A stretch of 64,000 bases of DNA from a bacterium (GTDB lineage: Bacteria > Electryoneota > Electryoneia > Electryoneales > Electryoneaceae): positions 2,304,001 through 2,368,000 of the forward strand of contig OY769902.1 in NCBI GenBank assembly GCA_963669175.1, given 5' to 3'. A program made the position numbers and the translations under genes. The notes under the pieces were generated by a model. It made no database searches. It saw nothing but the letters and a program-made list of their open reading frames with translations, and was not told the DNA's origin. This document shows, piece by piece, positions 60,013 to 64,000 of this stretch (within the stretch, counting starts at the first letter, position 1; each line of letters starts with the position of its first letter).

Positions 60013-61080
60013 CTACACCTGGGAATTGATGATGCTCATCCCCGATTCTTCCAGCAGGGATACCACCATACGGTCATCCACAGCGACCTTGTTTCCTTTT
60101 TCATCCAGGATGATATGAATATCCGGTTTATGTGGAACGTCTTCGTTTTCTCTGATCACCACGCCAACCATTCCGTTGTTCAATTCGACTTTGGTGCCCA
60201 TGGGATAGCGGACCGTCATCGAATTCAGAATCTCCATCACTTCAGGATCGAGTTTATCTTTCATCTCCTTGCTGTTCAGCTTTTGCAGGATTTTATCCGC
60301 AGCCTGGGCGCCCTGGAAGGGACGGTCGCTACGCATGGCATCCCACATATCGGCAACCCGCATGATACGTGCGAAGGGATGGATGTCTTTTCCACGACGG
60401 CCGTCCGGGTAGCCGCTGCCATCCATGTATTCATGATGCTGACGTGCCATGGCCCATACGATAGGCGACGTGTTCGTGTGCCGTGCCAGCAGATGAAATC
60501 CCCATAGAGGATGTTCTTCCACAATTTCACGTTCCTCTTCAGTCAGCGGGCCTTCTTTATACAGGATTGATTTCGGTATTCGCATTTTGCCCAGGTCATG
60601 CACCATGGCCCCGGTAGCCAGTTCCTTCAGGTCCGAGTCGTCATAGAACATGCACTTGCCGATTGCGACAGAAATGGCTGCCACATTCACACAATGGTAA
60701 TAGGTGTAGTCATCCCAACTGCGAAGGTCATGGGTTTGAAGTTTGATTTTTTCATTTACCATGATTTCATCGACGATTCGTTCCGCGCTCAAGCGAACTT
60801 TTTCGAATGTCTTTTCGTTCAGGTTTTCGAAATCGTTGAAGACTTCATAAACATTCTTGACAGATTTTTCCCGAGTTTCCGGGTTAATGATTTCGCCCTT
60901 GGGAGTATGGAACTCGATGTTCGTGTCAATGGGAATAGAGCGCCAGCCCTGGCTACGCAGGTTCTTAATGTCCCTGGCCGTAAGTCGATACCCTTTGCGC
61001 ATATGGAGGCGACCATGAGCGTAAAGGTTGGATGCCAGTGTTGAACCTGCTTTCACCTGGTGAAGGGGGACGGTTTGCAT
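60013..61080 (-). CDS. HD-GYP domain phosphodiesterase
   Basis: YTYYHCVNV, HDLGK, HHEYMDGSGYP, VADMWDAMRSDRP. Confidence 0.92.
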   Translation of the reverse strand: MQTVPLHQVKAGSTLASNLYAHGRLHMRKGYRLTARDIKNLRSQGWRSIPIDTNIEFHTPKGEIINPETREKSVKNVYEVFNDFENLNEKTFEKVRLSAERIVDEIMVNEKIKLQTHDLRSWDDYTYYHCVNVAAISVAIGKCMFYDDSDLKELATGAMVHDLGKMRIPKSILYKEGPLTEEEREIVEEHPLWGFHLLARHTNTSPIVWAMARQHHEYMDGSGYPDGRRGKDIHPFARIMRVADMWDAMRSDRPFQGAQAADKILQKLNSKEMKDKLDPEVMEILNSMTVRYPMGTKVELNNGMVGVVIRENEDVPHKPDIHIILDEKGNKVAVDDRMVVSLLEESGMSIINSQV

Positions 61081-61711
61081 CGTTCGACTGAACCTTTCCG
61101 GAAACCTCAAAACAACCGTGCGGTTTACATAACCGCACGGTTCTGCAATGAAAGTGGTACCATACTATTGCGTATGGGTAGGCGTATCCGTAAGACGACA
61201 ACAGGATAGATCAGATCACTTCATATGCCACCGAAGGTGGAGCACTTGAATAGCGTGGTGCGCAAGCGCCGGGAACAAGTAACCTCAACCATGCCTGTCC
61301 CCGAATGGGACACACATAAGGTATATCGCACATGAAGAAGATTAGTGCGATCCCTTCAGGATCGTGGCGAGGGGTAGTCCCACATTTTCCCGGGGCTGAC
61401 GACCCGCGCTATTCATGTATCACCTCTTCGAGGTGGAATAGTTAATTCTGCAAATACACATATTGCGCCTGAATCACTATGTCGCTTGCCCACACAAACC
61501 TGCAAAGCACCATAAAAGTACAATGCACCTGTGGAGGCTGCAATATCAAGACCCGGTTTCAACCTGTGCTCCCGGATTTGACATGGTGATATTCCAACAG
61601 GTTATCAGCACGAGCGGCTTGTTCAGAGACAAAAAGGTATTCGATTCAGCGTATGTTTATCCCTATCTTACTCACGCAAACATCTTTTCTTTGGGTTACC
61701 TGGAGAACACC

Positions 61712-63274
61712 ATGAGCACAGCTCATCAAATTCACCATCGTTTACTGGATGAACTTCAGAGAAAAATTACTGTTTCGAATCGAAATCAGCCAAAGATGAT
61801 GGTGTATGCCCCCTTTGACCGAACCCCCATCGGGCAGATTTTCAAGTGCGATCACACTGATGTTGAAGCGGCAGTCAAGCGTGGACGCATTGCCCAGAAA
61901 GAATGGGAGAAAATTCCGGTCCGCTCCCGGGCGACAGTATTTCTGTCGTTTATTAGATTATTGCGTGATCAGCAGCAGGAAATTCTTGATCTTGTCCAGC
62001 TTGAGACCGGCAAGGCACGAAAAAGCGCGTTCGAAGAAGTTGCTGATGTGATGAATACAACCCGCCACTATGTATACCACAGTGGCTGGAAGCTGATGCC
62101 AAAACTGCGCCGTGGTGTGCTGCCCACATTGACCTGGACCTGGGAAGTCCGTCATCCTGTGGGCGTAGTCGGTATGATAGCGCCGTGGAATTATCCGCTG
62201 ACACTGGCGATTACCGATGCCGTTCCCGCGATGATTGCCGGGAACGCAGTCGTGCTCAAACCGGCCGAACAAACCAGCTTTACCGCGTTGTGGGTGAAGA
62301 AAGTTCTTGAGGAAGCCGGAGTGCCGCCGGATCTTTTCCAGGTAGTTACCGGTACCGGGGCGCAGGCCGGGATGGCTGTCGCAGAGTTGTCCGATTTCGT
62401 GCAATTTACCGGGAGTACGGCAACCGGGCGGAAAGTGGCGCAAGTGGCTGCGAAACGTCTTGTTGGATCATCCATGGAGCTTGGGGGCAAGAACTCCATG
62501 CTGGTGTTGTCGGACGCGAACCTGCGAAAAACTGCAAAAGGAGCAGTAAACGCCTGCTTCTCCAATGCCGGTCAATTGTGCATCTCAGCGGAGCGCATCT
62601 TCGTTCACCAGTCCCTCTATGAAGAATTCCTGCGTCAGTTCACGGCCAGAATTCGCAAGATGAAGCTTGGACCGGGATATTCCTACAAAAAGGATATGGG
62701 CAGCCTGATAGGAAGGATGCAGTACAACAAGGTGCGTGACCATATTCTTGATGCAAAGAAAAAGGGCGCCGGGGTAGTTGTCGGCGGTCGTCCACGCCCT
62801 GATCTTGGTCCTTATTTTGTCGAACCGACAGTACTGACCCGTGTAACTCCCAGGATGAATCTGTATTACGAGGAGACCTTCGGGCCGGTTGTGGCAGTTT
62901 TTCCGTTCAGGTCCGTTGATGAAGCCATTGAGCAGATCAACGACACTCAGTACGGTCTGAACGCGAGTATCTGGACACGCGATACCCGGTTTGCACGTAA
63001 ACTAGCGGAACGAATCAAGACAGGGACTGTAAATATAAACGAAGGTTATGCTGCGGCCTGGGGATCAGTGGATGCGCCGATGGGCGGTTTCAAGGCTTCC
63101 GGTTTGGGACGCAGGCATGGACGCGAAGGCTTGCAGAAATTTACCGAGCCGCAGACCATTTCGATCCAGACACTAATCCCGGTCGGTGGACCTTCCTGGC
63201 TTTGCGCAAAAAGTTATGCGAAAATCATGTCGAAGGCGCTTGGATTGCTTGAAAAGATACCATTTGTTCGATAA
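61712..63274 (+). CDS. NAD(P)-dependent aldehyde dehydrogenase (succinate-semialdehyde dehydrogenase-like)
   Basis: PWNYPL, LKPAEQT, FTGSTATG, ELGGKN, NAGQLCIS, EETFGP, YGLNAS, PMGGFKASG. Confidence 0.9.
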   Translation: MSTAHQIHHRLLDELQRKITVSNRNQPKMMVYAPFDRTPIGQIFKCDHTDVEAAVKRGRIAQKEWEKIPVRSRATVFLSFIRLLRDQQQEILDLVQLETGKARKSAFEEVADVMNTTRHYVYHSGWKLMPKLRRGVLPTLTWTWEVRHPVGVVGMIAPWNYPLTLAITDAVPAMIAGNAVVLKPAEQTSFTALWVKKVLEEAGVPPDLFQVVTGTGAQAGMAVAELSDFVQFTGSTATGRKVAQVAAKRLVGSSMELGGKNSMLVLSDANLRKTAKGAVNACFSNAGQLCISAERIFVHQSLYEEFLRQFTARIRKMKLGPGYSYKKDMGSLIGRMQYNKVRDHILDAKKKGAGVVVGGRPRPDLGPYFVEPTVLTRVTPRMNLYYEETFGPVVAVFPFRSVDEAIEQINDTQYGLNASIWTRDTRFARKLAERIKTGTVNINEGYAAAWGSVDAPMGGFKASGLGRRHGREGLQKFTEPQTISIQTLIPVGGPSWLCAKSYAKIMSKALGLLEKIPFVR

Positions 63275-63325
63275 ATAGCATTTTTTTGGGGATAGAACCA
63301 GCAAAGACGCATGGGGGATGATAAC

Positions 63326-64000
63326 ATGGCCAATTCGATCTTTCTGACCGGTTTTCCCGGTTTCCTGGGAACAGCCCTTTTGCCAAGGATTCTGTTGCGG
63401 GAAAAGGCGTCTGTAAATGCGATCTGCCTGGTGCAACCCAAAATCAGGATGACGGCTGAGAAGCGTCTTCAAATCCTTACCAAGCGATACCCTGAGATCA
63501 AGGGAAGAGTGAAACTGGTTCCCGGTGACATCGGTCTGATCGGAGGCAAAGGGCTTCGAGAAGCACGGGTTCTTGTGAAAGATATCCGGGAGATTTACCA
63601 TTTTGCCGCCGTGTATGATCTGAGCGTGGATCGTTTGCTGGCGCTTAGGATCAATGTTGACGGCACAACCAACATGCTGGACTTTGCCGCGGAATGTTCA
63701 GGGCTGAAGCGTTTTCATTATGTCAGCACTTGTTATGTCAGCGGACGTTATGCCGGGCCATTTTACGAACGTGACCTGGATAAGGGACAGAAGTTCGACA
63801 ACGCCTATGAAGAGACTAAATTCCTGGCTGAAGTTGATGTTCAGGCGAGGATGAAAGAAGGGCTTCCGGTGACGATCTATCGTCCGGCGATTGTCATGGG
63901 CGATTCGAAGACCGGGTGGACGCAAAAATATGACGGCCCGTATTATGTGCTTCAGTGGTTGTTGCGTCATCCCAAATCGATAGCGTTCATGCCGGTAATC
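63326..64000 (+). CDS. Extended SDR / male-sterility-domain oxidoreductase (runs off the window end)
   Basis: My translation from ATG 63326: MANSIFLTGFPGFLG..., GDI, HFAAVYD, NVDGT, YVST, YEETK, YRPAIVMGDS. Absent from the ORF track because it has no stop in the window. Confidence 0.85.
   Translation, partial: MANSIFLTGFPGFLGTALLPRILLREKASVNAICLVQPKIRMTAEKRLQILTKRYPEIKGRVKLVPGDIGLIGGKGLREARVLVKDIREIYHFAAVYDLSVDRLLALRINVDGTTNMLDFAAECSGLKRFHYVSTCYVSGRYAGPFYERDLDKGQKFDNAYEETKFLAEVDVQARMKEGLPVTIYRPAIVMGDSKTGWTQKYDGPYYVLQWLLRHPKSIAFMPVI

Noticed and set aside
61220-61440. ncRNA in the HD-GYP/aldehyde dehydrogenase intergenic region
   Set aside because: Several short TTCG/CGAA-loop hairpins look like degenerate REP remnants; no tRNA or known RNA fold is recognisable.

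Overview
Bacterial chromosomal window, probably from a non-Bacteroidota FCB-superphylum lineage (inference from the many secreted proteins ending in a PNPFN...GxYF T9SS-type sorting domain). It mixes housekeeping genes with nine T9SS-type surface-protein loci, two tandem serpins and many palindromic or short-repeat intergenic elements. The housekeeping genes include histidine kinases, M32 and S41 peptidases, a UbiA-DprE1-DprE2-like operon, menG/ubiE, a LeuC/LeuD-family dehydratase, a geranylgeranyl reductase plus ferredoxin, thiolase/hbd, transporters, an HD-GYP protein and an aldehyde dehydrogenase. Two mobile elements are visible. One is an intact IS3-family element that splits a T9SS gene. 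The other, the most interesting feature, is a 1790-bp element (18985-20774) with 22-bp terminal inverted repeats and a 4-bp AATA target duplication; it encodes only two paralogous DUF1670-like HTH proteins and no recognisable transposase. Also notable: both serpins appear to lack helix F, three tandem divergent T9SS genes share a near-identical 3' cassette, and AT-rich zones fall inside genes. All family assignments come from motifs read by eye, with no database search.
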